The notes: generated from the sequence alone by a model not told the origin. A stretch of DNA of 64,000 nucleotides from Bacillota bacterium (GCA_036721855.1 DAIMKF010000002.1:16391-80390), one strand, 5' to 3'. Positions 36,397 through 46,602 are shown, numbered from the stretch's first letter. A program made the numbers and translations.

Positions 36397-37428
36397 TCAC
36401 TCCAGTCTAACGCGCGGATCGATCACAGCGTAAAGAATGTCTACTACTAAATTAACAATTACTAACAAGAAACAGTAAAACATTGTTGTTCCCAAAACTG
36501 CGGCATAATCTAGCTGTTGTGCGGCTGTCGCAGTTAACAAACCAATTCCTTTAAAATCAAAAACTGTTTCTACAATAACTACGCCACCTAAAAGGCCTAA
36601 GATCATTAAACCGCCAACTGTGATCACAGGAATAAGCGCATTTTTTCTAATGTACTTTTTTATAACAACACTCTCAGGCAAACCCTTTGAGCGACCTGTT
36701 CTAACATAATCTTTATTAAGAATATCTAACATACTTGAACGTGTAATACGCATGATAAATGCCCACCATAAATAAGACAAAGTTAAAACCGGACCAATTA
36801 GATGCCTAACTGCATCCCAAAATATTTTTAAATTCCCATTTAGTAAAGCATCGATTGTGTGCATACCTGTATATCTTATAAACTGATCAGAGTAAACAAT
36901 CTGGTATGCCCAGGTACTAAGTCTACCGGGTGGAAACCAACCTAAAACACCATAAAAAATCATAAGTACGAAAAGACCGCCGACAAAGCTCGGTAAAGAC
37001 CAGCCAATAATCGAAAATATTCTGGTAAGATGATCCCCTATTCGGTTGTGATGCATTGCTGCAAAAGAGCCTAAAAGTATGCCTCCGAAAACTACCGGTA
37101 TAACTGCATAAAGAGCGAGTTCTAAGGTGGCAGGAAACCTGGCTTTAATTGCCTCAGCAACCGACATATTGGCCGAATTCGACCAACCTAAATCACCTTT
37201 GACGATGTTTTTTAACCATTTGATATATCTCTCGCCTGCAGGTCTATCCAAACCATAAGTTTTGATAAGAGCATCCGGGTCTTTATTCTTTAACTCTTCC
37301 GGGCTTCGAATATAAGATGCCAGAAGCTGATATGGAGATAACATCTGCATCATAAGGAATATAAGCAATGTTACCCCCAAAATAACCACAGGCAGAGTCA
37401 GTAGTCGTCTTAAAATATAATTAAACAC
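36397..37428 (-). CDS. Peptide/nickel ABC permease (OppB/DppB type)
   Basis: Probable GTG start at 37428, 9 nt after AAGGAG, giving M-FNYILRRLLTLPVV, the usual OppB N-terminus. The track ORF begins at 37467 without an SD. Confidence 0.8.
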   Translation of the reverse strand: MFNYILRRLLTLPVVILGVTLLIFLMMQMLSPYQLLASYIRSPEELKNKDPDALIKTYGLDRPAGERYIKWLKNIVKGDLGWSNSANMSVAEAIKARFPATLELALYAVIPVVFGGILLGSFAAMHHNRIGDHLTRIFSIIGWSLPSFVGGLFVLMIFYGVLGWFPPGRLSTWAYQIVYSDQFIRYTGMHTIDALLNGNLKIFWDAVRHLIGPVLTLSYLWWAFIMRITRSSMLDILNKDYVRTGRSKGLPESVVIKKYIRKNALIPVITVGGLMILGLLGGVVIVETVFDFKGIGLLTATAAQQLDYAAVLGTTMFYCFLLVIVNLVVDILYAVIDPRVRLE

Positions 37429-37479
37429 AAACCATTTCTCCTTTTTCAGCGCCTCTTTAGCTCGCATGAGCTTAGTTTG

Positions 37480-37507
37480 GGGGGCAGAGTATTTTACTCT
37501 GCTCCCG
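37480..37507 (-). promoter_or_regulatory. Intercistronic stem-loop between the binding-protein and permease genes
   Basis: Minus strand reads GGGAGCAGAGTA-AAA-TACTCTGCCCC. This placement is typical of hairpins that stabilise or partially terminate the SBP transcript. Confidence 0.45.
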
Positions 37508-37527
37508 CAAACTGCTTCTGAAAACGC

Positions 37528-39336
37528 TTACTTATAGAGTCTATAGATATCATATTCACCAGGACGTACAGCACTAGGATAAAAACCTTTTAGTTCAGAT
37601 TTAAATACACGTACAACTTCGTTATCGCTCATATAAAGTTGGATAGCATCTTCATAAGCCATTTTTTGTAGTTGATTATAAATCTCTTGACGTTTAGCAG
37701 CTGTAGAAGCAGCAATACCCTTGGCAATAAGAGGATCATACTTTGCGGCGGCTAACTTTTGCATACTCTCACCACAATAGCCTGCAAATACTCCTGTACT
37801 ATGCATATATGGTGTTACGAAGTTGTGAGCATCCGGGAAATCCGGAATCCAACCCATGAAGAAGAAAGTTGTACGGCCGGAACGTAGATTATCCAAAAGT
37901 GTACTCCATTGAACTGCTCTAACTTCTACCTTAAATTTGGGATTGAGCTTAGTTATATTGTATTGCAGGATTTCAGCCGCTGTCTGTCTCTGGGTATTAC
38001 CGGAGTTATAACTGATTGTCATCTTAAAGCCTTTTTTCCAAAGCTCCCCACCAAACGCTCTCTTAAATGCTTCGGTAGCTTTGGCAGCATTGAGTGAATA
38101 AGTCTCTTGTTTTGGGTTGGCAAATGGTAGTGCACCAGGTAGAGGACCTGTAGGCTTTGCACCTCTGCCCATCATAACTTCGTCAATGAAAGCATCCCAA
38201 TCAAAGCTGTAAAGGAAACCTTTGCGTACATTGATATCGGAAAAAAAGTCAGCGGGGATACCATTGCCGTCTAACTTGCCTGAACCAACATCTTCATTTC
38301 CTTTTGTTTCGATATTAAAGTTAAAGAAACCAACAGTATTTGTTAGTGTTGGAACATGATCAATAACTGTTATACCGGGAACATTTTGTACTTGATCAAG
38401 GTAGTTTAGCGGAACATGAATAGCATCAGCATCGCCTTTTTGAAGCATAACTTTACGGGTGCTAAACTCATCAATATACTGGAATTCAACAGTCTTGAAG
38501 GAAGCTGGCTTTCTCCAATAGTTATCGTTACGTTCTAAAACAACTTTTTTAGCATTCTTATCCCATATCTTAAGTTTGAAGGGACCAGTTCCATTGGCTT
38601 TTTCAAACAAGGCCATCTGCTCTTTACTCTGGTTATACCATTTTACCCAGGTATCAGGTTTACCATCCCAAGCACCGTTTTTAATAGCCCAATCTTTGCT
38701 GTAGATAATCGACCAGCTTGAAGAGTGTGCCATAATATTTAAAAATGGAGCATAAGCAGATTTGAGATTAAAAGTAATCTGGTTTCCCTTTGTGACAATA
38801 GCTTTATCCAATAGATCATAAACTTGACGTAAAATCTTAGCATCGGCTTTAATTACCTCGTCGCCACCACCAAGATCTTGAACCAGTTCTTGAATAGTAT
38901 TAACACCTAAAATCGGCTCAAGAAGCATCCAGTTTGGCCCACCATCGGGATCCAAAAGGACATTGCGCATTATACTGTACTTAACATCACTCGCTGTTAG
39001 AGGTGCGCCATCATGAAACTTAACATCTTTTCTTAAATTAAACTTTACTGTTTTGCCATCTTTGGAAATCAAACCATTATCAACAGATGGTACTTCAGTT
39101 GCCAACATAGGCAACAGTTTTGCTGAATTGGAACCATCATATTCTAAAAGATTATCATATACTTCAAAAATAATTTCACCGCTGGCATTATCATAAGCCA
39201 AAGCAGGATCTAAAGTATCAGGACCTCCACCAATAGAAACATAGACAAAGGTTTCATTGTCTGTGGCCGCAAAAGACATTAGCGAAAAGCTAAGTAAACA
39301 GACAAAGACTGCTAATAGCGACTTATTTAACTTCAT
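37528..39336 (-). CDS. Family-5 peptide/nickel ABC substrate-binding protein (OppA/DppA type)
   Basis: 602 aa with signal peptide MKLNKSLLAVFVCLLSFSLMSFA. GGAGG SD. Confidence 0.8.
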   Translation of the reverse strand: MKLNKSLLAVFVCLLSFSLMSFAATDNETFVYVSIGGGPDTLDPALAYDNASGEIIFEVYDNLLEYDGSNSAKLLPMLATEVPSVDNGLISKDGKTVKFNLRKDVKFHDGAPLTASDVKYSIMRNVLLDPDGGPNWMLLEPILGVNTIQELVQDLGGGDEVIKADAKILRQVYDLLDKAIVTKGNQITFNLKSAYAPFLNIMAHSSSWSIIYSKDWAIKNGAWDGKPDTWVKWYNQSKEQMALFEKANGTGPFKLKIWDKNAKKVVLERNDNYWRKPASFKTVEFQYIDEFSTRKVMLQKGDADAIHVPLNYLDQVQNVPGITVIDHVPTLTNTVGFFNFNIETKGNEDVGSGKLDGNGIPADFFSDINVRKGFLYSFDWDAFIDEVMMGRGAKPTGPLPGALPFANPKQETYSLNAAKATEAFKRAFGGELWKKGFKMTISYNSGNTQRQTAAEILQYNITKLNPKFKVEVRAVQWSTLLDNLRSGRTTFFFMGWIPDFPDAHNFVTPYMHSTGVFAGYCGESMQKLAAAKYDPLIAKGIAASTAAKRQEIYNQLQKMAYEDAIQLYMSDNEVVRVFKSELKGFYPSAVRPGEYDIYRLYK

Positions 39337-39385
39337 TTTTTTACCTCCTCATTTATGTGAACACGTCTGACGTGCCAACACCTTA

Positions 39386-40420
39386 TTAAATAGCTGGTGC
39401 TGATGCTAATAAAAGCTTTTTAGCAAAATGACAAGCTACGAGATGATCTTTACCACAATCTTCTAGCTGAGGTACTTCTTTAGTACAGATAGCTTTTTTA
39501 TAGGGACACCGAGTATGGAAATGACAGCCAGACGGTGGATTAGCCGGAGAGGGAACATCACCTTCAAGAATAATTTGTTTTCTTGTATAATCCACAGCAG
39601 GTAAAGGGATCGCCGAAAGCAAGGCTTCAGTATAGGGATGTCTGGGACGAATAAATAATTCTGAAGACTTTGCCAACTCCACAATTCTACCTAAATACAT
39701 TACGGCAATACGATCACTAACATACTGTACAACACTAAGATCATGGGCTATAAAAAGATAAGTTAGCCCAAATTTTTCTTGCAGATCCTTTAGTAGATTA
39801 ATGACCTGAGCTTGCACAGACACATCAAGAGCAGATACAGGTTCATCACAAATAACTAAACTCGGATTTAGAGCTAGTGCTCTGGCAATACCCACACGTT
39901 GTCTTTGCCCACCGGAAAATTCATGAGGAAAACGCTTAATATATGCACTGCTCAACCCTACAGCTTCAAGTAGTTTTTCGACTCGAATCTCTCTTTGAGG
40001 TTTTTTCATGCCACTAGCCTTTAGCGGCTCTTCAATTATGGCACCAATTCTCATACGTGGATCTAGCGAAGAATAAGGATCTTGGAAAACTATCTGCATA
40101 TTTGAACGTAATTTTTTAATCGATCTCTCGTTAACAGTAATCATTGTTCCATCAACATTAAACTTAATATCTCCGGCTGTTGGTTTCATAAGATGCAAAA
40201 TTGATCTCCCTGCTGTGGATTTACCACAGCCACTTTCGCCAACTAAACCTAAAGTTTCACCCCGTTTAATATCAAAACTAACATTATCGACTGCTTTGAC
40301 ATCTCCAATGTGTTTTTTAAGCAGTCCTCCTATAATTGGGAAGTATTTTTTTAAACCTCTTACCGACAATAAAACATCTTCCGCTGTAGGTATTGTTACA
40401 GCATTATCTTTTTTATTCAT
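39386..40420 (-). CDS. Peptide ABC ATP-binding protein (OppF/DppF type)
   Basis: Walker [10 protein letters not shown], signature FSGGQRQR, Walker B VICDEP, and a C-terminal oligopeptide-ATPase Cys/His tail. Confidence 0.85.
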   Translation of the reverse strand: MNKKDNAVTIPTAEDVLLSVRGLKKYFPIIGGLLKKHIGDVKAVDNVSFDIKRGETLGLVGESGCGKSTAGRSILHLMKPTAGDIKFNVDGTMITVNERSIKKLRSNMQIVFQDPYSSLDPRMRIGAIIEEPLKASGMKKPQREIRVEKLLEAVGLSSAYIKRFPHEFSGGQRQRVGIARALALNPSLVICDEPVSALDVSVQAQVINLLKDLQEKFGLTYLFIAHDLSVVQYVSDRIAVMYLGRIVELAKSSELFIRPRHPYTEALLSAIPLPAVDYTRKQIILEGDVPSPANPPSGCHFHTRCPYKKAICTKEVPQLEDCGKDHLVACHFAKKLLLASAPAI

Positions 40421-41423
40421 GGAGCCAACACCTGACCTTACGTCCTGGTTCTACTTCCATAAGGGGCGGTTCTTCTAGACATTTGTCCTTAGCTTTTGGA
40501 CAACGCAAAGCAAACCGACACCCTATAATCACCTCGTTTGGATCTGGGATATTCCCACTGATTGGAATTAATCTATCCTTTTTCTTCTCTTTGGGATTAA
40601 GACGTGGAATAGAATTTAATAGTCCCAATGTATATGGATGCAATGGCTTTTTAAATATATCTCTCACAGGAGCTTCTTCTACTACTTGACCTAGATACAT
40701 CACCAATACTCTATGACACATAAGGCCAACAACACCCATATTGTGAGTAATCATCATAATGGACATGTCATGTTCTTTTTGTAAACGTTTCATCAAATCG
40801 AGAATCTGAGCCTGGATAGTAACATCAAGAGCCGTAGTAGGTTCGTCTGCAATTAAGAAACGTGGATTGCACGATAAAGCCATGGCGATCATTACTCTTT
40901 GCCTCATCCCACCACTCATTTGATGGGGAAAATTATTGACTCTTAGTTTTGGATCAGGAATACCAACATGTTTTAAAAGCTCAATGGCTCTTATCCAAGC
41001 TTCCTTTTTGGTAGTCTTTTCATGAAGTAATATTGATTCAATAATCTGTTCCCCAACTGTATAAACCGGGTTTAGAGAGGTCATTGGTTCTTGAAAGATC
41101 ATAGCTATTTCTTTGCCCCTGATCGAACGCATTTCAATCCCTTTAGGATTTAACTGAGCTATATCTATCTCTTGGCTTGCATTTCGAGGTTGATATTTAA
41201 TTGAACCGCTTTCAATCTTGGCAAATCTTTCAGGCAAAAGCTGCATAATAGAAAGGGCTGTAATGCTTTTCCCACAGCCACTTTCACCGACAATTCCTAA
41301 TACCTCTCCTTCGTTGACTGTAAATGATACCCCATCTACAGCTTTAACAGTTCCCCTTTCAGTTGTAATATAGGTTTTAAGATTATCTACTTCTAAGACT
41401 TTACTTTGTAAACAATTAGTCAC
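40413..41423 (-). CDS. Peptide ABC ATP-binding protein (OppD/DppD type)
   Basis: Walker A GESGCGKS, signature MSGGMRQR, Walker B LIADEP. GTG start. The N-terminus ...LEVDNLKTY is typical of OppD. Confidence 0.85.
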   Translation of the reverse strand: MTNCLQSKVLEVDNLKTYITTERGTVKAVDGVSFTVNEGEVLGIVGESGCGKSITALSIMQLLPERFAKIESGSIKYQPRNASQEIDIAQLNPKGIEMRSIRGKEIAMIFQEPMTSLNPVYTVGEQIIESILLHEKTTKKEAWIRAIELLKHVGIPDPKLRVNNFPHQMSGGMRQRVMIAMALSCNPRFLIADEPTTALDVTIQAQILDLMKRLQKEHDMSIMMITHNMGVVGLMCHRVLVMYLGQVVEEAPVRDIFKKPLHPYTLGLLNSIPRLNPKEKKKDRLIPISGNIPDPNEVIIGCRFALRCPKAKDKCLEEPPLMEVEPGRKVRCWLHE

Positions 41424-41514
41424 ATATAACAGCTCATAATAAAACCTCTTATGAGCCTACCTCCTTTATGTCTTCTCACTGACTGGTTATAATATAAGTA
41501 TATTCTACTGAATG

Positions 41515-41543
41515 ATTATAGTTATAATACGATAGATTGTCAA
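41515..41543 (-). promoter_or_regulatory. Consensus sigma-A/sigma-70 promoter of the peptide ABC operon
   Basis: Minus strand reads TTGACA (41543..41538), a 17-nt spacer, then TATAAT (41520..41515). Both hexamers are perfect. The -10 hexamer lies about 92 nt upstream of the GTG start. Confidence 0.7.
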
Positions 41544-41890
41544 AACAGTTAAGGCTTTTTTCTCCTAAAAAAAAGTTTGAATGTTAACTGTAATTCTGTT
41601 GTTATTCGCATATTCCTGCTTTAAATTTACGTTTTAGCGTTGAATATTGTATACATTTTTTGGTATCCACTGATCCTATCAGCATTCGTAATGTTTTACG
41701 TATTTCCTACATCTTAAGTTTTTTTAAAGCCTATTTTCATTATTCAGATTACGAATTCCTTTCGCTTTTCTTTTCTCTTGTAAATCTTTAGTCTTGAAAA
41801 CGTTGTTTCAATTACATTTGTTTTTTTTATTGTCTATTGCCCTTAATTAATTTTTATATATTTATTTTATCTTTTAACCGGAAATCTTAA

Positions 41891-41936
41891 CAAAAGAAAG
41901 AAGCTGGGCTTTTTATTCCCCAGCTTCTTTCTTTTG
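41891..41936 (-). terminator. Terminator of the hydrogenase operon
   Basis: 18-bp stem CAAAAGAAAGAAGCTGGG / CCCAGCTTCTTTCTTTTG that directly abuts the hydA stop codon. Confidence 0.75.
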
Positions 41937-43685
41937 TTAAGATTTCTTATATATCGATTCTAATTCTTTAGGATAACGTGGTACATAGGTTGTATGCAAT
42001 AACTGATGTGCTTTTTCACTCAATGGTTTTTCCAAGAAAGAGTTGTAAAGTTCTTTTACCTCGGGATTTTGATGTGAAGCTCTTTTGCTTTTTACCACAT
42101 CGATCATGTAAAGAGCCTGTGCTCTGGCTTTTACATTTTCTCTAGTGGCTGCCGGTTGGCCTCCTCCACCAACACAACCACCCGGGCAAGACATGATTTC
42201 AATAAAATCATATTTTAATAAACCATCTCTTAGCCCATCTAACACTGTCCTTGCGTTTTTCAATCCATGGACAACCGCACATTTCAAAGTAAGATCACCT
42301 ATGGTTACCTCTGCTTCTTTAATCCCTTTATAACCACGTAAAACCTGAAAATCTAACTTTTCTGGTTCCTTACCGGTTATTAAATAACTAGCAGTTCTTA
42401 GGGCTGCTTCACTCACACCACCAGTTGTACCAAAGATTACCGCCGCACCTGTGGATTCTCCTAAGGGATGATCAAATTCTCCGTCAGCTAATTTTAACAT
42501 TTCCACACCTGCTGTAGAAAACATGCGTAATAGCTCTCTGGTAGTTAAAACAGCATCCACATCATGATATCCATCTCTTCCCATTTCTTCTCTAGTAGCT
42601 TCATACTTTTTGGCCGTACAAGGCATTATAGAAACCACAAATATATCTCTGGGCGACCAATTCTGTTTTTGTGCATAATAGGTTTTAGCTAAAGCCCCAA
42701 ACATCTGTTGAGGTGATTTACAAGAAGAAAGGTTTTCGAGCATATCCGGGTAATTGCGTTCAATAAATTTGATCCATGCCGGTGAACATGAAGTCATAAG
42801 TGGTAGTGGACCACCAGTTTTAATTCTTTCAACTAACTCGCTTGCTTCTTCCATAATCGTGACATCGGCAGCAAAATTAGTGTCAAAAACCCTATCAAAA
42901 CCTAAACGCCTAAGACCGGCAATGAGTTTACCTGTTATATCGGTACCAGGTTCCATACCCAGTTCTTCGGCTATGCTGACTCTAACTGCCGGGGCGATCT
43001 GCACGATAACTTTTTTATGGGGATCTAAAATAGCTGTCCAGACATTTCCCAGAGCACTTTTTTCACGCAATGCTCCGGTCGGACATGCCAATACACATTG
43101 TCCACAAAAAACACAGTCTGAATCTGCGATATCCTCGTTAAATGGAGGTAATACCATATTGTCAAAACCACGCCCAATAAAATCTATCGCTCCGACACCC
43201 TGAATTTCATCACATACTCGAACACATCTGCCGCAAAGTATACACTTATTAGGGTCGCGTTCAATAGCCGCGCTGGAGGAATCTATGGCATAGGTCCTTT
43301 TATGGCCCGAGTAACGCCTCTCGCGAATACCAAATTCCTGAGCTAGCTTTTGTAGTTCACAGTCTCCGTTTCTTAGACAATATAAACACTCATCGGGATG
43401 ATTGGCCAGTAACAGCTCGATAATTGTCTTACGAGCTCTTCTAATCCTAGGTGACTGAGTTTTTATAACCATACCTTCTGTAACCGGATAAGCACATGAA
43501 GGTACAAGATTACGGATTCCCTCTACTTCCACAACACATATACGACAAGCCCCAGAAGGCACAAGTTCTTCCATATGACATAAAGTAGGGATTTTGATGC
43601 CATGGGCTCTTGCTGCCTCTAAAATAGTTTGATCAGACTCTGCTTCAACTGGAACCCCGTTAAAATATACTGTTATTTTTGACAC
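41937..43685 (-). CDS. hydA: [FeFe]-hydrogenase catalytic subunit (group A, multimeric NAD(P)H/ferredoxin-linked type)
   Basis: N-terminal 2Fe-2S and 4Fe-4S ferredoxin modules. H-cluster motifs are L1 TSCSPAW (non-canonical, see findings), L2 MPCTAKKYE and L3 EIMSCPGGCVGGGGQP. Confidence 0.9.
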   Translation of the reverse strand: MSKITVYFNGVPVEAESDQTILEAARAHGIKIPTLCHMEELVPSGACRICVVEVEGIRNLVPSCAYPVTEGMVIKTQSPRIRRARKTIIELLLANHPDECLYCLRNGDCELQKLAQEFGIRERRYSGHKRTYAIDSSSAAIERDPNKCILCGRCVRVCDEIQGVGAIDFIGRGFDNMVLPPFNEDIADSDCVFCGQCVLACPTGALREKSALGNVWTAILDPHKKVIVQIAPAVRVSIAEELGMEPGTDITGKLIAGLRRLGFDRVFDTNFAADVTIMEEASELVERIKTGGPLPLMTSCSPAWIKFIERNYPDMLENLSSCKSPQQMFGALAKTYYAQKQNWSPRDIFVVSIMPCTAKKYEATREEMGRDGYHDVDAVLTTRELLRMFSTAGVEMLKLADGEFDHPLGESTGAAVIFGTTGGVSEAALRTASYLITGKEPEKLDFQVLRGYKGIKEAEVTIGDLTLKCAVVHGLKNARTVLDGLRDGLLKYDFIEIMSCPGGCVGGGGQPAATRENVKARAQALYMIDVVKSKRASHQNPEVKELYNSFLEKPLSEKAHQLLHTTYVPRYPKELESIYKKS

Positions 43686-43696
43686 AGACAGCCCTC

Positions 43697-45700
43697 CTAA
43701 TTTACAGTAATGGCATCAAATGGACAAAATTCAACACAGGCACCACAACGGAAACACTTATCTGCAACAATATAATGATTGTGTTTGCGTTCGCCGACAA
43801 TAGCTCCATTGGGACATTTTTTAGCACAAATACCGCAACCACGACAAATATTAGGATCAATCTTATAGACGAGTAGCCCTCTGCATTGTTTTGCCGGACA
43901 ATGCTGTTCAAAGACGTGTGCTTGATATTCATCTTTAAAATATTCCAATGTAGATAGAACAGGATTAGGTGCTGTTTGGCCCAAACCACAAGCAGCCGTA
44001 TCTTTTAATACATAAGCCAATCTTTCTAACTGAGCTAAAGTTTGATAACGTTTTAGCAAGCTTTCTTCCGTATTTTCTCTGTCACTATTTACAATGGTTT
44101 CAAGTATTTCTAACAATCGTGCTGTTCCCTCTCTGCAGGGAATACATTTGCCACAAGATTCATTTTTGGTGAAGTTTAGAAAAAACTTAGCTACATCAAC
44201 CATACATGTTTCCTCATCCATTACTACCAATCCACCAGAACCCATCATAGCACCTGCTTTTTGCAGTGAATCATAGTCTATGGCCGTATCAAGTAGTTCA
44301 ACTGGCAGACACCCCCCTGAAGGGCCTCCTATCTGTGCCGCCTTAAACTTTTTATTGTCTTGTAAACCCCCACCTAATTCAAAAATTATCTCTCTTAAAC
44401 TGATTCCCATAGGTACTTCAATAAGGCCCGAGTTCTTTGTTTTACCGGTAATGGCAAAGACCTTTGTACCTGTGCTTTTGGGAGTACCTATGCCCTTAAA
44501 CCAACCTGCCCCTTTAGCTATAATAACAGGAACATTAGCTAAGGTTTCAACATTGTTAATATTAGTTGGATAACCCCATAAACCAGAGTTTGCAGGATAG
44601 GGAGGACGTGGACGCGGAGTTCCTCGTTTGCCTTCAATAGAAGCTATAAGTGCAGTTTCCTCGCCGCAAACAAAAGCTCCCGCCCCCATTTTTAATTTCA
44701 AGTGAAAATTGAAGCCGCTACCTAAAATATTGTCACCTAAAAGACCGTTTGCTTCAAGATCGGCAATAGCCTTTTTTAAGCGATTTATGGCCAGAGGATA
44801 TTCTGCTCTAACATAGATATAACCCTCATTCGCACCGATTGCGTAGGCAGCAATTATCATACCTTCAATTACACTATGTGGATCTCCCTCAAGAACACTT
44901 CGATCCATAAAAGCTCCTGGATCACCTTCATCTGCGTTACAAATAATAAACTTTCTCTCTCCCTGAGCTTTTCTAGTAAAAAACCATTTTCTACCGGTAG
45001 GAAAGCCTCCGCCTCCCCTTCCTCTTAGACCTGATTCAATTATCGTATTAATTACTTCATCAGGTTTAAGTTTAAATAAAGCAGTGCTCAAGGCTCGATA
45101 GCCTCCACGCATCACATATTCCTCTAATGATTCCGGATCGATTATGCCACAGTTGCGAAGAACAACTCGTTTTTGTTTGCGCATTATAGGATGTTCTTCA
45201 ATTGGTTTTACTTGTCCATTTTGGTTAGCGGCTTTATTTTCATTCATTGCTACTGAGCCTAATATATAACCGTTAGGAAGAGCTTCATGTTCAATAAAGA
45301 TATCTAAGATCTCGTTAGCTCTTTCTATATTTACCTGGGCAAAGGAAATCCTCGGAAAACCAGGTTTTTTAACATCAACCATAATTTCTTGGGTGCAAAG
45401 GCCAAAACAACCAACTTTTTTGACAACAGCGGGGATCTCTCTTTTTTCTAGTTGCTTGGTCATATAGTTATAGATTTTTTCTGCACCGGCAGCCATACCG
45501 CAAGTCCCCATACCTACATAAACATACGTATAGTTAGGGTCTTTGCCATTTAAAAAGTTAAGTCTATTTTGTTTTTTTTCTTGACAGCTTTTGCTATCAT
45601 GGCATAAAGGTCCCCCAAGAGCACATTCGATTAAATTTTTGCAAGGGTTGTCTTGAGTGTGAGTGCATTTCTCACAGCAAGGATCAAAAAGTGTAAACAA
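43697..45700 (-). CDS. hydB: NuoF-like flavoprotein subunit of the hydrogenase (FMN/NADH site, extra Fe-S domains)
   Basis: GRGGGGFPTGRKW and the NuoF 4Fe-4S motif CGKCIPCREG. C-terminal 2x[4Fe-4S] (CRGCGICAKKCP, CFRCGACVEFCP). TTG start, 10 nt after AGGAG. Confidence 0.88.
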   Translation of the reverse strand: MFTLFDPCCEKCTHTQDNPCKNLIECALGGPLCHDSKSCQEKKQNRLNFLNGKDPNYTYVYVGMGTCGMAAGAEKIYNYMTKQLEKREIPAVVKKVGCFGLCTQEIMVDVKKPGFPRISFAQVNIERANEILDIFIEHEALPNGYILGSVAMNENKAANQNGQVKPIEEHPIMRKQKRVVLRNCGIIDPESLEEYVMRGGYRALSTALFKLKPDEVINTIIESGLRGRGGGGFPTGRKWFFTRKAQGERKFIICNADEGDPGAFMDRSVLEGDPHSVIEGMIIAAYAIGANEGYIYVRAEYPLAINRLKKAIADLEANGLLGDNILGSGFNFHLKLKMGAGAFVCGEETALIASIEGKRGTPRPRPPYPANSGLWGYPTNINNVETLANVPVIIAKGAGWFKGIGTPKSTGTKVFAITGKTKNSGLIEVPMGISLREIIFELGGGLQDNKKFKAAQIGGPSGGCLPVELLDTAIDYDSLQKAGAMMGSGGLVVMDEETCMVDVAKFFLNFTKNESCGKCIPCREGTARLLEILETIVNSDRENTEESLLKRYQTLAQLERLAYVLKDTAACGLGQTAPNPVLSTLEYFKDEYQAHVFEQHCPAKQCRGLLVYKIDPNICRGCGICAKKCPNGAIVGERKHNHYIVADKCFRCGACVEFCPFDAITVN

Positions 45701-45707
45701 TGTTTCT

Positions 45708-46211
45708 TCACTCCTTCATTTCATAATCTCTCAGGAGTTTAACAACTTCTTTTGGTTGTAAACGGCCATGGAAATCCCCATCAACAGTGACAACCGGAGC
45801 CATGCTGCAAGCACCTAAACAAGCAACTGTACTTAATGTAAATAAGCCATTTTGAGTTGTTTCTCCGGCCTTAATGCCCAGCTCCGATTCTAATGCTTGT
45901 AAGATTAGACCTCCGCCTCTTACATGACAAGCTGTCCCTGCACATACTTGAATCAGGTATTTGCCCACTGGTTTTAATCTGAATTGGTTATAAAAGGTAG
46001 CAACTCCATATATTTTACCTATGGGAATATGCAAATACTCGCTGGTTAGATAGAGTATAGGTTTTGGTAGATATCCATAGATCCCTTGAGTCTCTTGGAG
46101 AACCGGAATTAATGCATTCTCTTCTCCTTGTGAGTAAGAACGAAAAAGTTTCTGGACCTTTTCATCCTGCCCTGAGAGAAGATCTTTGGAACAACAACAG
46201 ATTTTACTCAC
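45708..46211 (-). CDS. hydC: NuoE-like [2Fe-2S] subunit of the hydrogenase
   Basis: CAGTACHVRGG ... ACLGACSMAPV thioredoxin-like 2Fe-2S motif. GTG start, 6 nt after GGGGGAGG. Confidence 0.88.
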   Translation of the reverse strand: MSKICCCSKDLLSGQDEKVQKLFRSYSQGEENALIPVLQETQGIYGYLPKPILYLTSEYLHIPIGKIYGVATFYNQFRLKPVGKYLIQVCAGTACHVRGGGLILQALESELGIKAGETTQNGLFTLSTVACLGACSMAPVVTVDGDFHGRLQPKEVVKLLRDYEMKE

Positions 46212-46336
46212 TTGTACCTCCCCCTAGCTCATTTTGTACCTCGAAAACTTCTAACTGACCTTTAACATTGGTTTCTCTTTTGCCTTCCACACTCAATAAT
46301 TTTTTGAATCACCCCGCCCAATAACCTTGCAAGATT

Positions 46337-46354
46337 TTGTTGCTTTTTTAACAA
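46337..46354 (-). promoter_or_regulatory. Candidate Rex (redox-sensing repressor) operator upstream of hydCBA
   Basis: Minus strand reads TTGTTAA-AAAA-GCAACAA against the clostridial-type Rex consensus TTGTTAA-N4-TTAACAA (16/18). It lies 126-143 nt upstream of the hydC start and downstream of a candidate TTGCAA-18-TATTAT promoter (46439..46410). Confidence 0.4.
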
Positions 46355-46602
46355 TCGATTTTGCAATAGTATCTTTTTAATTACCAGAGAATCTCTAATT
46401 TCCTTTTAAATAATAAATATGTTGACTACCTAATTGCAACTACTAATAAGGATTTTCTGGCCATCGCTATTAATTCTCTATCTTTACATCTTAAACCTTT
46501 ACCAAATTAAATTCCAATTTAAATGGCATTTCTTTGCAAGGGAGCTGTATAATTTTGCTACATCTTAACAAGCATTTATCTGTTTTTCTTACTTTGAAAA
46601 GT

